DNA of 64,000 nt, taken from positions 2,127 through 66,126 of the forward strand of contig CAMWNT010000002.1 in NCBI GenBank assembly GCA_947175695.1, written 5' to 3'. The notes under the pieces were generated by a model. The model made no database searches and was not told where the DNA came from. It was given only the letters and a program-made list of their open reading frames with translations. The position numbers and the translations under genes were made by a program. Below, piece after piece: positions 48,975-59,868 of this stretch. How positions within the stretch are numbered: the first letter of the stretch is position 1; each line of letters opens with the position of its first letter. This DNA is from an uncultured Porphyromonadaceae bacterium. Lineage in GTDB: Bacteria > Bacteroidota > Bacteroidia > Bacteroidales > Muribaculaceae.

Positions 48975-51071
48975 ATGCTTCTCCGTTTCTATAAATACTG
49001 CGGCTTTAACCGCGTTGCCGCTATCGCTCCGAATGTGCGACCCGCCGACCCTGAGTTCAATTGCAAAAATATCGCCGAAATACTCAATTCCAAGGCGTTG
49101 AGCTATCACGATATTGCCCTCTTCCCGGAACTGTCAGTCACCGGCTACACATGCGGCGACCTCTTCCTTCAGTCGCAACTGATCCGCGAGGCCGAGCGAC
49201 AGATCGAACACCTCGCAACTACTTTGACCGACAAATTGGTGGTGGTCGGAGCGCCGATCGCTCACGCCGGACGTCTCTATAATTGCGCCGTCGTGATGTT
49301 AAACTGGAAAATCCTCGGGATCGTCCCGAAGTCGCATATCCCCAACTACGGAGAGTATTATGAACGCCGATGGTTTGAATCCGGAGCCGGACTGCAACCG
49401 ACCACAATCTCCTACGCGGGGCAAGCCGACATCCCCTTCTCGACAGATATTCTCTTCAAATACAACGGCATGACGGTCGGCATCGAAATCTGCGAAGACC
49501 TTTGGACCCCGATCCCCCCCTCTTCGCGACTGGCGATTCTCGGCGCGGACGTAATCCTCAATCTCTCCGCTTCCAACGAATCGCTCGGGAAGAGCCGCTA
49601 TCGCCGCTCGCTGATCCTTCAGCAATCAGCCCGCTGTCGCGCAGCCTATCTCTACGCTTCGGCCGGAGCCGGAGAGTCTTCAACCGATCTTGCATTCCCC
49701 GGATATGCAGCCATCGCCTCCGACGGAGTCATGCTCGCCGAAGACACTCCCTTCCCGCAGTCGGAGAATCTCCCTTCTTCGATAGCCGATTTCGCCAATC
49801 ATTTCGCATCGGCCGATATTGACGTCGCCCGACTACAATCCGACCGATTGAAATTCAACACATTCGCCGATCCGACTATCCTTCGCGACAACACCGGAGC
49901 TATCATCGTGGAATGCGACGAATCCATATTCGAACGCCCCATGATCAGGCGAATCGGCGACCTCCCCTACAACCCGGCCAACGATATAGATATCCTTCTT
50001 TCTTCCGATCCTGCATCGGAATTCGAAGGCTCCGGCATGGCCGAAATCGAATTGCGCCCGTCGGCTCCCGATCGGATGCCCTTTGTCCCCTCGGATCCTT
50101 CGCGCCGCGACGAGAATTGCACAGAAATCATCGACATCCAGTGTGCCGGACTGTTGCAGAGGATTAAAGCAATCGGCTGTCAACGCCTTGTCATCGGCGT
50201 ATCCGGCGGACTGGATTCAACTCTCGCGCTGCTTATCGCCGTGCGCACCATGAAAATGGCCGGATTGCCGACAGAGAATGTCATCGCAATCACAATGCCC
50301 GGACTGGCCACAACCGGACGCACCCGCGGAAATGCGTGGAAGCTGATGGAACTCCTCGGCTGCACCTGTGTTGAAATACCGATCGGCAAAGCCGTCGACC
50401 AACACTTCGCCGACATCGGCCAGGACCCCGAAACCTATGATGCGACCTACGAAAATTCGCAAGCCCGCGAACGAACCCAGATCCTGATGGATTATGCCAA
50501 TAAGACGGGGGCAATCGTAGTCGGAACCGGCGACCTGTCGGAGCTTGCTCTGGGATGGTGCACCTACAATGGCGACCACATGTCGATGTATGCTGTCAAT
50601 GCTTCTGTGCCGAAAACTCTCGTCAGATACCTCGTCGAATGGTTTGCTGCCCGCGCCGACAAAGCCACAGCCGATGTGCTCAACGATATTGTCGCCACGC
50701 CGATATCGCCCGAGCTCGTGCCCGCGGCCAACGACGACGAAATCGCACAAAAGACCGAAGATCTCGTGGGACCCTATGAACTCCACGACTTCTTCCTCTA
50801 TCACATGCTCCGCAACTCATCATCGCCACGCAAGATTCTCATGCTCGCCTGCGAATCCTTCAAGGGCAGATATGACAACGCGGTAATACTCAAATGGCTG
50901 CGCACTTTCTACCGCCGATTCTTCTCGCAGCAATTCAAACGCTCCTGCCTCCCCGACGGACCGAAAGTCGGCTCCGTCTGCCTATCGCCGCGCGGCGACT
51001 GGAGAATGCCATCCGACGCTTCCTCGCGCCTATGGCTATCCGAACTTGAAAGCGGCACGGCAACCGATTAA
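48975..51071 (+). CDS. nadE: Glutamine-dependent NAD+ synthetase
   Basis: Nitrilase triad FPEL/PK/EICEDLW; SGGLDSTL, ENSQARERT, QQFKRSCLPDGPK. Confidence 0.96.
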   Translation: MLLRFYKYCGFNRVAAIAPNVRPADPEFNCKNIAEILNSKALSYHDIALFPELSVTGYTCGDLFLQSQLIREAERQIEHLATTLTDKLVVVGAPIAHAGRLYNCAVVMLNWKILGIVPKSHIPNYGEYYERRWFESGAGLQPTTISYAGQADIPFSTDILFKYNGMTVGIEICEDLWTPIPPSSRLAILGADVILNLSASNESLGKSRYRRSLILQQSARCRAAYLYASAGAGESSTDLAFPGYAAIASDGVMLAEDTPFPQSENLPSSIADFANHFASADIDVARLQSDRLKFNTFADPTILRDNTGAIIVECDESIFERPMIRRIGDLPYNPANDIDILLSSDPASEFEGSGMAEIELRPSAPDRMPFVPSDPSRRDENCTEIIDIQCAGLLQRIKAIGCQRLVIGVSGGLDSTLALLIAVRTMKMAGLPTENVIAITMPGLATTGRTRGNAWKLMELLGCTCVEIPIGKAVDQHFADIGQDPETYDATYENSQARERTQILMDYANKTGAIVVGTGDLSELALGWCTYNGDHMSMYAVNASVPKTLVRYLVEWFAARADKATADVLNDIVATPISPELVPAANDDEIAQKTEDLVGPYELHDFFLYHMLRNSSSPRKILMLACESFKGRYDNAVILKWLRTFYRRFFSQQFKRSCLPDGPKVGSVCLSPRGDWRMPSDASSRLWLSELESGTATD

Positions 51072-51133
51072 TTTTACGGAATAGAGAATTATTTCAAATT
51101 TTTTCGTTAAATTTGAAGTTCAATCGAAGTGTA

Positions 51134-51712
51134 ATGGAATCGAAAGAATTTTTTCTCGAAGATGTGAAAGCTGCCGCCGACGCCGTCAGACGCGGCGGGA
51201 TCATCCTCTACCCGACTGACACTGTATGGGGAATCGGATGCGATGCCACCAACCCCGACGCCGTAGCCGCCATCTATCGACTCAAGCAGCGGGAAGACTC
51301 AAAGTCGATGCTCGCGCTCGTCGATAGCGTCGATGCGCTCTATCGCTGGCTGAAGAATGTGCCCGACACAGCTCTCATGCTTTTGGATGTCGCCGTCGAT
51401 CCGCTGACCATTATCTACGACTCCCCCATCGGAGTCGCCGAGAATCTGACGGCGCCCGACGGCTCCCTCGGCATCCGCGTCACTTCTGATCCATTCTGCC
51501 GCGCGCTGTGTCGCGCGGCGAGAGTGCCGATTGTCTCCACTTCAGCCAATATCAGCGGCCTCCCCGCTCCGGCTGTCTTCAGCGAGATCGCTCCTGAGAT
51601 CGTAGAGGGCGTGGATTATGTCGCACGCTTCCGCCGATCCGACAACCAACGCCGACGCCCGAGCGGAATAATCAAAGTGTGCGACAACGGCACTCTGACG
51701 ATCATACGCTGA
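51134..51712 (+). CDS. tsaC: Threonylcarbamoyl-AMP synthase (Sua5/YrdC family)
   Basis: YPTDTVWGIGCDA, LKQR, STSANISG; start ATG 51134; -7 element TAAATTTG at 51108. Confidence 0.93.
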   Translation: MESKEFFLEDVKAAADAVRRGGIILYPTDTVWGIGCDATNPDAVAAIYRLKQREDSKSMLALVDSVDALYRWLKNVPDTALMLLDVAVDPLTIIYDSPIGVAENLTAPDGSLGIRVTSDPFCRALCRAARVPIVSTSANISGLPAPAVFSEIAPEIVEGVDYVARFRRSDNQRRRPSGIIKVCDNGTLTIIR

Positions 51713-51865
51713 CAAGCAATCGCCGGCGAAGCTCTCAGAGTTCGCGCCCAAGCAGAATGCGCCGGAACGCCCCCCCACGTCTGCATTCCGAACTCCCGGA
51801 CCTATCAAAGCTTTCCGAGTTCTCGGAATTATCAACCCAAATAGAATTTTCAACCATCCCGAATA

Positions 51866-53284
51866 GTGAAAGGCCATCTCATATCAATCCGAAGCATGCG
51901 TGCGCGCTACGTGATCATCGATCTGATCACGTCGATGCTCGCATTCTTTGTGTTCGATGCCGGACGCTATCATCTGATGCGGATAGCCAATATGAGCCTG
52001 ACCGAGTATCTGCGCACTCCGAAGATGCTCGTCGAGCAGTTCACCATTCCCGTGGTCATGCTGGCTATCTATTGGCTGTCGGGCTATTACAACCGGCCCT
52101 TCGGAAAGTCGCGACTGATTGAACTCTCCCAGACTTTCTGTTGCGCCTTGATCAACTCGATTTGGATATATCTTGCATTGTTGATCAACGACCAGGTGTC
52201 GTCACGCTATGTCAATTATGAAATAATGGCTTTTCTCTTCGGATCGCTGTTTATCTTCACGTATAGCGGGCGCCTCTGGCTGACCCAGACGTCGATCTCC
52301 AATCTTCGCGAACGCCGCTGGAGTTTCAACACCGTAATAATCGGTGATTCCAACAATGCCATCGCCACGGCCATGCGCCTCAACCGATCGCAGACCAAAC
52401 TGGGCTACCATATTGTGGGGCATGTCGCGATTCCGGGCGAAGAATCTTCGAGTCATCCGCATGCGACACTGACCGACAATCAGTTTCGCTCATTATGCAA
52501 CTCCGGCAAAATCGATCAGATCATCATCTCAACCTCCGATCAGGAAGAGAATAAGATAATGGATCTTCTATATGAATACTTCCCTTTAGGCATTCCGATC
52601 AAGATCAGGCCTTCGGCCATGTCGTTTCTGACATCGCATATCCATATCGGCGACATATATGCCGAGCCTTTCATCGACCTGACATCGCCGACAATGTCGG
52701 ACGCTCAGATCAATATGAAGCGTGTGTTCGACATCGTATTCTCTTCATTGGCGCTGATAATCACATCGCCGCTGCTTGCGGCAATCGCGATCGCCGTGAA
52801 GACTACATCAAAAGGCCCGGTCATCTATACCCAGGAACGCATAGGCTATCGCCAACGGCCATTCAACATTCTCAAATTCCGCACCATGAGGGTCGATGCC
52901 GAAGCCAATGGCCCACAGCTATCGAACGACGACGACCCGCGCATCACCAAGGCCGGGCGGATCCTTCGCAAATACCGTCTCGACGAGTTGCCGCAATTCT
53001 GGAATGTCATTCGTGGCGAGATGTCGCTGGTCGGACCGCGCCCGGAGCGAGCCTATTTCATAGAAAAGATCGTCAAAAAAGCGCCTCACTACACACTTGT
53101 CCATCAGGTCAAGCCCGGCATCACGTCGTGGGGAATGGTCAAATTCGGCTATGCCAGCGAGGTCGACGAGATGGTGGAGCGTTCGAATTATGATCTAATT
53201 TATCTGGCCAACATGTCGGTGGCCGTTGATTTCAAGATCCTCCTTCACACGATTTCCACAGTCGTGCTCGGCAAGGGGGTATAA
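51866..53284 (+). CDS. Polyprenyl-phosphate phosphoglycosyltransferase (WbaP/WcaJ family)
   Basis: Four N-terminal TM segments, KRVFDIV, KFRTM, DDPRIT, LDELPQFWNV, GEMSLVGPRPE, KPGIT. Confidence 0.92.
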   Translation: MKGHLISIRSMRARYVIIDLITSMLAFFVFDAGRYHLMRIANMSLTEYLRTPKMLVEQFTIPVVMLAIYWLSGYYNRPFGKSRLIELSQTFCCALINSIWIYLALLINDQVSSRYVNYEIMAFLFGSLFIFTYSGRLWLTQTSISNLRERRWSFNTVIIGDSNNAIATAMRLNRSQTKLGYHIVGHVAIPGEESSSHPHATLTDNQFRSLCNSGKIDQIIISTSDQEENKIMDLLYEYFPLGIPIKIRPSAMSFLTSHIHIGDIYAEPFIDLTSPTMSDAQINMKRVFDIVFSSLALIITSPLLAAIAIAVKTTSKGPVIYTQERIGYRQRPFNILKFRTMRVDAEANGPQLSNDDDPRITKAGRILRKYRLDELPQFWNVIRGEMSLVGPRPERAYFIEKIVKKAPHYTLVHQVKPGITSWGMVKFGYASEVDEMVERSNYDLIYLANMSVAVDFKILLHTISTVVLGKGV

Positions 53285-53302
53285 ACCGTAACTTCTACAG
53301 TT

Positions 53303-55102
53303 TTGGCATATAAAGAAAGACATAACCGCTTTACTGAAGCATGGATGAAAGTCGTCGCATGGCGCGGCCGCAACATCAGCGAGAGCCAGTTTCTCTATCT
53401 GCTCGCTCTTGTTGTCGGAGTGTTATGCGGACTCGCGGCCCAGCTTCTGAAATATCTCATCCACGTCATTTCGGGGCAGCTCAACTCGCATCTGCTCAAC
53501 GACCGCGCCAATCTGACGTATCTCATCTATCCGGTGATCGGCATTCTGCTCGTCACGCTGTTTGTCAGATATGTCGTCAAAGACAATATTTCCCACGGCG
53601 TGACGAGGGTGCTCTATGCGATTTCACAACGCAAGTCGCGACTAAAAAAGAAAAATTGCTGGGCTTCGCTGATAGCTTCTTCGGTGACGATAGGCTTTGG
53701 CGGTTCGGTCGGCGCTGAGGGTCCGATTGTGTTCACAGGAGCCGCAATCGGCTCGAATATAGGCCAGGCGTTCCGGCTTTCTCCGAAGGTGCTGATGATC
53801 CTTGTAGGCTGCGGTGCGGCCGCGGGAATCGCGGGCATTTTCCGCGCTCCGATCGCGGGAATGCTATTCACTCTGGAAGTGCTGATGATCGACTTCACCG
53901 GCGCGACTGTTATGCCGCTGCTTATCTCTTCGATCACCGGCGCGACTGTGGCCTATATATTCGAGGGCTACGACAATGAGTTCTTCTTCTCGCAGAGTGA
54001 GCCGTTCATGACTCGCAAAATCCCGTATACCATTTTGCTGGGCATCGCATGCGGATTCATTTCGCTCTACTTTACCCGCATGATGTTTGCGATGGAGGGG
54101 ATGTTTCGCCGCATCGACAAATCGTGGGTGAAGATCATCACGGGCGGTTCGATACTCGCAGTCCTCATTTTCCTTTTCCCGCCGCTTTATGGCGAAGGCT
54201 ATTCGGCGATCAACAATCTGCTGGAGGGCAATGTCGAATCTGTCGTCGACGGGTCGATCTTCTATCTCGACCGCGATTCGGTCTGGTTTATAGCCATATA
54301 TATCGGACTGATAGTATTGACTAAAGTCTTCGCCACTTCCGCCACCAACGGAGCCGGAGGGGTCGGAGGCACGTTTGCGCCGTCGCTCTTTGTCGGAGCG
54401 ATGACAGGATTCGTATTCGCCTACGTGCTCAACAATCTTGATCTCGGAATCGACATAAGCAACAAGAATTTCGCCTTGATGGGCATGGCCGGAGTAATGA
54501 GCGGCGTCATGCATGCTCCGCTGATGGCAATCTTCCTGACAGCCGAGATGACCGGCGGATACGATCTTTTCCTGCCGCTGCTCATTGTGTCGACGCTCTC
54601 GTTCATGACAATCAAGCTCTTCCTCCCATATAGCATTTATTCGATGCGTTTGGCTCAGCAAGGCCAACTGATGACCAACGAGAAAGACCAGGCTGTGCTC
54701 ACTCTGCTGAAAATCGACAATCTGATCGAACGCGACTGCACGCCGGTCACTCCCGAAATGTCGCTGAAAGAGATGGTGGAAATAATTTCGAAATCTCATC
54801 GCAATATCTTCCCTGTCGTGGATGCCAACGGGATGCTCAAGGGCATCGTTTTGCTCGACGATATCCGAAATATCATGTTCCGCCCCGACCTCTACAACAC
54901 TATGCATGTGTCAAGATTTATGTCGATGCCACCGGCAAAAATCGATGTGTCGCAATCGATGGAGAGTGTCATGAAAACATTTGATGACACCAACGCATGG
55001 AACCTCCCTGTCGTCGACGGGGGAAAGTATGTGGGATTTGTCAGCAAATCAAAGATTTTCAATTCTTACCGACGCGTATTACGCCATTATTCAGATGATT
55101 AA
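53303..55102 (+). CDS. ClC family chloride channel/antiporter with CBS pair
   Basis: GGSVGAEGP, FRAPIAG, GGTFAPSL, C-terminal CBS domains. Confidence 0.92.
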   Translation: MAYKERHNRFTEAWMKVVAWRGRNISESQFLYLLALVVGVLCGLAAQLLKYLIHVISGQLNSHLLNDRANLTYLIYPVIGILLVTLFVRYVVKDNISHGVTRVLYAISQRKSRLKKKNCWASLIASSVTIGFGGSVGAEGPIVFTGAAIGSNIGQAFRLSPKVLMILVGCGAAAGIAGIFRAPIAGMLFTLEVLMIDFTGATVMPLLISSITGATVAYIFEGYDNEFFFSQSEPFMTRKIPYTILLGIACGFISLYFTRMMFAMEGMFRRIDKSWVKIITGGSILAVLIFLFPPLYGEGYSAINNLLEGNVESVVDGSIFYLDRDSVWFIAIYIGLIVLTKVFATSATNGAGGVGGTFAPSLFVGAMTGFVFAYVLNNLDLGIDISNKNFALMGMAGVMSGVMHAPLMAIFLTAEMTGGYDLFLPLLIVSTLSFMTIKLFLPYSIYSMRLAQQGQLMTNEKDQAVLTLLKIDNLIERDCTPVTPEMSLKEMVEIISKSHRNIFPVVDANGMLKGIVLLDDIRNIMFRPDLYNTMHVSRFMSMPPAKIDVSQSMESVMKTFDDTNAWNLPVVDGGKYVGFVSKSKIFNSYRRVLRHYSDD

Positions 55103-56051
55103 GGACAAAAAAGATCTCAAAATCGTATTCTTCGGCACTCCGGGCTTCGCTGTCGCAAGCCTGGACGCCCTCGTAAGCGGCGGCTACAATGTGGCCGCAG
55201 TCGTGACTATGCCCGATAAGCCGGCCGGCCGGGGCAAGAAAATCCGGATGAGCGAGGTCAAGCGATATGCCCTCGAACATGATCTGCCGGTCATGCAGCC
55301 GGCGAAGCTGAAAGATCCTCAGTTTGTCGACGCTTTACGCGCCATCGATGCCGATCTTTTCATAGTGATAGCCTTCAGAATGCTCCCAGAGATCGTATGG
55401 GCTATGCCACCGATGGGAACATTCAATCTCCATGCATCGCTGCTCCCGAATTATCGCGGTGCGGCGCCGATCAACCACGCGATCATCAATGGCGAGACAA
55501 CCACCGGCGTCACAACCTTCTTCCTCACCCATGAGATCGACACCGGCGATATCATCGCACGACGAACCGTAGAAATCGGCCCCGACGAAAACGCCGGGCA
55601 GCTTCACGACAAGCTGATGGCCATAGGCGCCGAGGAAGTCATTTCTACTGTCGACGCAATCTGCCAAAACACACTCTCCACCTTCCCCCAGCCGGATGGC
55701 GAGTTTACTCCGGCCCCCAAGATTTTTAAAGACACGTGTCGCATCGATTGGTCGACCGCCGACAAAAAAATCCACGATTTTGTGCGCGGCCTCGCCCCCT
55801 ATCCCGCGGCGTGGACCACTATGACCGAGATCTCAGGCAAGCCCTCCGACGTCAAGATTTTCGCCACATCACTAAGCGACATCCCGGCCGGACTGACACT
55901 CGAGCCCGGACAAGCGAGTGTGATGGGGAAGCGTCTCTTCGCCGGCACCGCATCGGGCCCTGTCGAGATCCTCGAGCTGCAGCCCGCCGGGAAGCGCCCG
56001 ATGCCCGCATCCGCTTTCATTCTCGGATATCATCCCGCTTTTTTCAAATAA
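55095..56051 (+). CDS. fmt: Methionyl-tRNA formyltransferase
   Basis: FFGTPGFA, PDKPAGRG, NLHASLLPNYRGAAPI, DTGD; start ATG 55095. Confidence 0.96.
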   Translation: MIKDKKDLKIVFFGTPGFAVASLDALVSGGYNVAAVVTMPDKPAGRGKKIRMSEVKRYALEHDLPVMQPAKLKDPQFVDALRAIDADLFIVIAFRMLPEIVWAMPPMGTFNLHASLLPNYRGAAPINHAIINGETTTGVTTFFLTHEIDTGDIIARRTVEIGPDENAGQLHDKLMAIGAEEVISTVDAICQNTLSTFPQPDGEFTPAPKIFKDTCRIDWSTADKKIHDFVRGLAPYPAAWTTMTEISGKPSDVKIFATSLSDIPAGLTLEPGQASVMGKRLFAGTASGPVEILELQPAGKRPMPASAFILGYHPAFFK

Positions 56052-56073
56052 TTTCTACTTTCTTTCCCCAATT

Positions 56074-57864
56074 ATGACTCCTCCCGAACATATTAACGAG
56101 CCCTCGACTATTCGGGATTCTGCCAAACCTTTGGCCGGCATGCTTCTCGATGTGCTCGAAGCCCATGGTGTCAAGGATATCGTGTGCTCTCCGGGATCGC
56201 GCAACGCTCCTCTGCTTATGGCTGCAAGAGCGCGCCGCAATCTTGCGAAGCATATCATCGTCGACGAGCGAACGGCAGCCTTCACAGCCCTCGGAATGGC
56301 CACAGTCAGCCGGCGCCCGACAGCGCTGATCTGCACTTCCGGCACAGCCATACTGAATTATGCTCCGGCTGTAGCCGAAGCATATTACCAGGGAGTGCCG
56401 CTGATTGTCATTTCAGCCGACCGTCCGACCGAATGGATCGATCAAGACGATTCGCAGACAATCCGACAGTTTGAATCACTCGCCAATTTCGTCAAGGGCA
56501 GCTATGATATATCCGACCGCGAACAGCGCGACCTGGATGGATGGTATGAGAATCGCATCGCAAACGACGCGATGCTGACAGCCTTGCGCGGCAAGAAGGG
56601 GCCTGTGCATATCAATGTCAGGCTCTCTCCCCCGCTCAACGAGATGGTCGAGCTCCGACACCCCGCTCCCTCCCCGAGGATCATCCGCGAAGTGGCTGAC
56701 TATCCTATGCCCGACAAGAGCCTCGTCAAGGAGCTCGCAGCAAGGATAGTCGACAAAAAAGTGCTCGTCACTCTCGGTTTTCTCGCGCCCGATGCGCGTC
56801 TCAACAGAGCGATGTTGCGCCTGCGCGACCATGATAATGTGGCCGTCATGGCCGAAACAATCTCAAATACGCATCTTCCCCAGGAAGATTATGTGGTCGA
56901 TGCGATGCTCTGCAATCTGACCGATAAGCAGACGTCGATGCTTGAACCCGAAGTCGTCATTTCGGTCGGAGGAGCGTTGGTGTCAAGAATGCTGAAGGAG
57001 TTTATCCGGAAGTCGGGGCGCCGGCATGCCGTAGAACATTGGAGCGTCGGGCCGACCCACACCACAGTCGATTGCTTTCAGACACTCTCACTGCGTATCG
57101 ATGCCGATCCCGCACTCTTTCTGGCCGCCCTCTCGGCGGAGATGGCCCATCTGAAGTCGATCGGAGCCACCGGGAAAGACGCCGAGGGCCTGCCTTTGGA
57201 TCCGTCGGTCATCAAGGGTGCCCACACGTATGCAAGTTCGGTCATGTCAAACAAACGCATCGCAATGAGCCGCGTGTTCAGCTTCGCTTCCGACGCCCCA
57301 TGGTCGGAGCTTGTGGCGTTTATCGACATTCTCAATAATATTCCGGCTTCGGCCAATCTTTTCCTCTCTAACGGCACTACGGTGCGTTATGCGCAACTTG
57401 TGCCCTACGCTCTTCCTCACGCGAGCTATTGCAACCGCGGGGTTTCGGGCATCGAGGGATCGACTTCCACAGCTGTCGGGGGCGCGATGCTCTATAGCGG
57501 CGAGACGGTGCTCATCACGGGCGACATGTCGTTTTCCTACGATCTGGGCGGCCTCTCTGCGGCCTCTCATTTTAATCCGAGGCTTAAAATCATCGTGATC
57601 CGCAACGGCGGCGGCGGAATCTTCCGCTTCATCAAGGCGACATCTTCGCTCCCCGACCGCGAGGAATATCTCTGCGCTGATCCAGGACTGAACATCGCAG
57701 CCCTGGCGTCGACATTCGGATTCGCCCATATGGAAGCTGATTCTCTGCCCTCGCTCCGCGAGCGTCTCGCCGAATTTTTCAATTCTCCGGCACGCACGAT
57801 TCTGGAAGTGATCGTCCCCCCCAATAAAAGCGCTCTGCTCCTCAAGCAGTTTCTCAAACAATGA
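56074..57864 (+). CDS. menD: SEPHCHC synthase
   Basis: SPGSRNAPL, DERTAAF, CTSGTA, ADRP, NRGVSGIEGS, GDMSF, NGGGGIF. Confidence 0.95.
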   Translation: MTPPEHINEPSTIRDSAKPLAGMLLDVLEAHGVKDIVCSPGSRNAPLLMAARARRNLAKHIIVDERTAAFTALGMATVSRRPTALICTSGTAILNYAPAVAEAYYQGVPLIVISADRPTEWIDQDDSQTIRQFESLANFVKGSYDISDREQRDLDGWYENRIANDAMLTALRGKKGPVHINVRLSPPLNEMVELRHPAPSPRIIREVADYPMPDKSLVKELAARIVDKKVLVTLGFLAPDARLNRAMLRLRDHDNVAVMAETISNTHLPQEDYVVDAMLCNLTDKQTSMLEPEVVISVGGALVSRMLKEFIRKSGRRHAVEHWSVGPTHTTVDCFQTLSLRIDADPALFLAALSAEMAHLKSIGATGKDAEGLPLDPSVIKGAHTYASSVMSNKRIAMSRVFSFASDAPWSELVAFIDILNNIPASANLFLSNGTTVRYAQLVPYALPHASYCNRGVSGIEGSTSTAVGGAMLYSGETVLITGDMSFSYDLGGLSAASHFNPRLKIIVIRNGGGGIFRFIKATSSLPDREEYLCADPGLNIAALASTFGFAHMEADSLPSLRERLAEFFNSPARTILEVIVPPNKSALLLKQFLKQ

Positions 57865-57924
57865 CGCGAAGCGACACGATTGCGCTTCTCGCCTCAACAT
57901 AACAGACTTAAACAGTTTCGAAAT

Positions 57925-58734
57925 ATGTGGACTCCCATCAAGGAATTCTCCGACATCCTCTTTGAAAAGCAGGATGGCGTTGCCAAAATCACTATCAATC
58001 GCCCGGAAGTATACAACGCTTTCCGTCCGCAGACAAATCAGCAGATGCTCGAAGCCATGCGCATCTGTCGCGAAGACAATTCGATCCGCGTCGTCATCCT
58101 GACGGGAGCCGGCGACAAGGCGTTCTGCTCGGGCGGCGACCAGCATTATAAAGGCCGTGGCGGATATGTCGACGCCGACGGCACACCCCGCCTCAATGTG
58201 CTTGATCTCCACAAGGCGATCCGTTCGCTTCCGAAGCCTGTCATCGCAATGGTCAACGGCTATTCGATCGGCGGCGGCAATGTGCTCAATGTCGTGTGCG
58301 ACCTTTCGATCGCATCCGAAAACGCACGCTTCGGACAGACGGGGCCGAAAGTAGGCAGCTTCGACGCCGGCTTCGGCAGCTCGTATCTTGCCCGTTGCGT
58401 AGGCCAGAAGAAGGCTCGCGAGATTTGGTTTCTCTGCCGCCAATATACAGCCGCCGAGGCTCTCGAGATGGGTATGGTCAATGCCGTTGTCCCCTTCGAC
58501 AAGCTCGAAGAGACTACGCTGGAATGGTGTCGCGACATCATGAAGCGTTCGCCGCTCGCCATCCGCATGATCAAGCGTGCGCTCAATGCCGAACTCGACG
58601 GCCAGCACGGACTTATGGAATTTGCCGGCGACGCGACCCTGATGTATTATCTCATGGATGAGGCTCAGGAGGGGAAGAACGCCTTCCTTGAGAAGCGTGA
58701 CCCGGATTTCGACCAATTCCCGATGTTCCCATGA
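57925..58734 (+). CDS. menB: 1,4-dihydroxy-2-naphthoyl-CoA synthase
   Basis: [25 protein letters not shown]; start ATG 57925. Confidence 0.97.
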   Translation: MWTPIKEFSDILFEKQDGVAKITINRPEVYNAFRPQTNQQMLEAMRICREDNSIRVVILTGAGDKAFCSGGDQHYKGRGGYVDADGTPRLNVLDLHKAIRSLPKPVIAMVNGYSIGGGNVLNVVCDLSIASENARFGQTGPKVGSFDAGFGSSYLARCVGQKKAREIWFLCRQYTAAEALEMGMVNAVVPFDKLEETTLEWCRDIMKRSPLAIRMIKRALNAELDGQHGLMEFAGDATLMYYLMDEAQEGKNAFLEKRDPDFDQFPMFP

Positions 58735-59789
58735 GACTGGAGATCTGTCCCTACATGCTGAAGTTTGCCTCTCCGGCAGGCACATCGCGCGGCATACTGA
58801 CCGAAAAACCGACCTATCTGCTTCGCCTCTACGACGAGCGCAATCCCGAAGTTTATGGGCTTGGCGAAGCCGCCGTGTTTCCGGGCCTGTCGCCTGAAGC
58901 CGATCATCGCTATGAATATAAGCTGATTGAATTGCTGGCAAATGTCGCCATAGGCCGACCGACGGATTTATCACGCCATTCATCGATACAGTTCGGCTTC
59001 GAGCAGGCTCTCCGCGATTTTGCATCGGGAGGGAAGCGATTGTATTTCCCCTCGGAGTTCACCAAAGGGGAAAAGTCGATCGTCATTAATGGCCTGATTT
59101 GGATGGGCGACGCTGAAGTCATGCAGCAACGCCTTGAGGAAAAGATTGCCGCCGGATTCCGTTGCATTAAGATCAAGGTCGGTGCGATCGATTGGGAGAA
59201 GGAGCTCGATCTGATCAGATTGATCCGCCGACGCTATTCGCCGGAGGAGATCACGGTCAGAGTCGATGCCAACGGCGGATTCTCTATGGATTCCGCACTG
59301 CCGCGTCTCAAGCAGCTGGCCGATCTTGGAGTGCACTCTATCGAGCAACCGATTCCGGCCGGCAATCCCGATCTGATGCGCTTCCTATGCGAAGTGTCGC
59401 CCCTGCCTATCGCTCTCGATGAGGAGCTGATCGGCATATCCGATATGGAGCGGAAGCGGGAGATGCTCGATTATATCCGCCCGGCATATATCATTTTGAA
59501 GCCGGCCCTTTGCGGCGGATTCTCCGGCGCCGAGGAATGGATCAGCGCAGCCTCCGACCTCGGCATAGGATATTGGGTCACTTCGGCTCTCGAATCAAAT
59601 GTCGGACTGAACGCAATCGCCCAGTTTGCCGCCACACTCCCCGTCGAGATTCCTCAGGGACTCGGCACAGGCGGACTCTTCACCAACAATTTCCCCTCCC
59701 CGCTTCGCCTCGAAGGGGAACGAATGCATTACATACCGGCCGACAACCCGGGCAACGCTCCATTCGACACCCTCGACTGGAAGCATTGA
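58731..59789 (+). CDS. menC: o-succinylbenzoate synthase
   Basis: KIKVG, RVDANGG, IEQP, IALDEE, ILKP, SALES. Confidence 0.92.
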   Translation: MRLEICPYMLKFASPAGTSRGILTEKPTYLLRLYDERNPEVYGLGEAAVFPGLSPEADHRYEYKLIELLANVAIGRPTDLSRHSSIQFGFEQALRDFASGGKRLYFPSEFTKGEKSIVINGLIWMGDAEVMQQRLEEKIAAGFRCIKIKVGAIDWEKELDLIRLIRRRYSPEEITVRVDANGGFSMDSALPRLKQLADLGVHSIEQPIPAGNPDLMRFLCEVSPLPIALDEELIGISDMERKREMLDYIRPAYIILKPALCGGFSGAEEWISAASDLGIGYWVTSALESNVGLNAIAQFAATLPVEIPQGLGTGGLFTNNFPSPLRLEGERMHYIPADNPGNAPFDTLDWKH

Positions 59790-59797
59790 GAAAGCTT

Positions 59798-59847
59798 TGA
59801 AGAGTGTCGGGCTCTGCACTATCCTATGTAGAGCTCGACACTCTTCA
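59798..59847 (+). other. 21-bp intergenic stem-loop between menC and menE
   Basis: TGAAGAGTGTCGGGCTCTGCA/TGTAGAGCTCGACACTCTTCA, fully paired with two G-U. Confidence 0.7.
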
Positions 59848-59868
59848 TAATATAAAAAACCTGAGATA

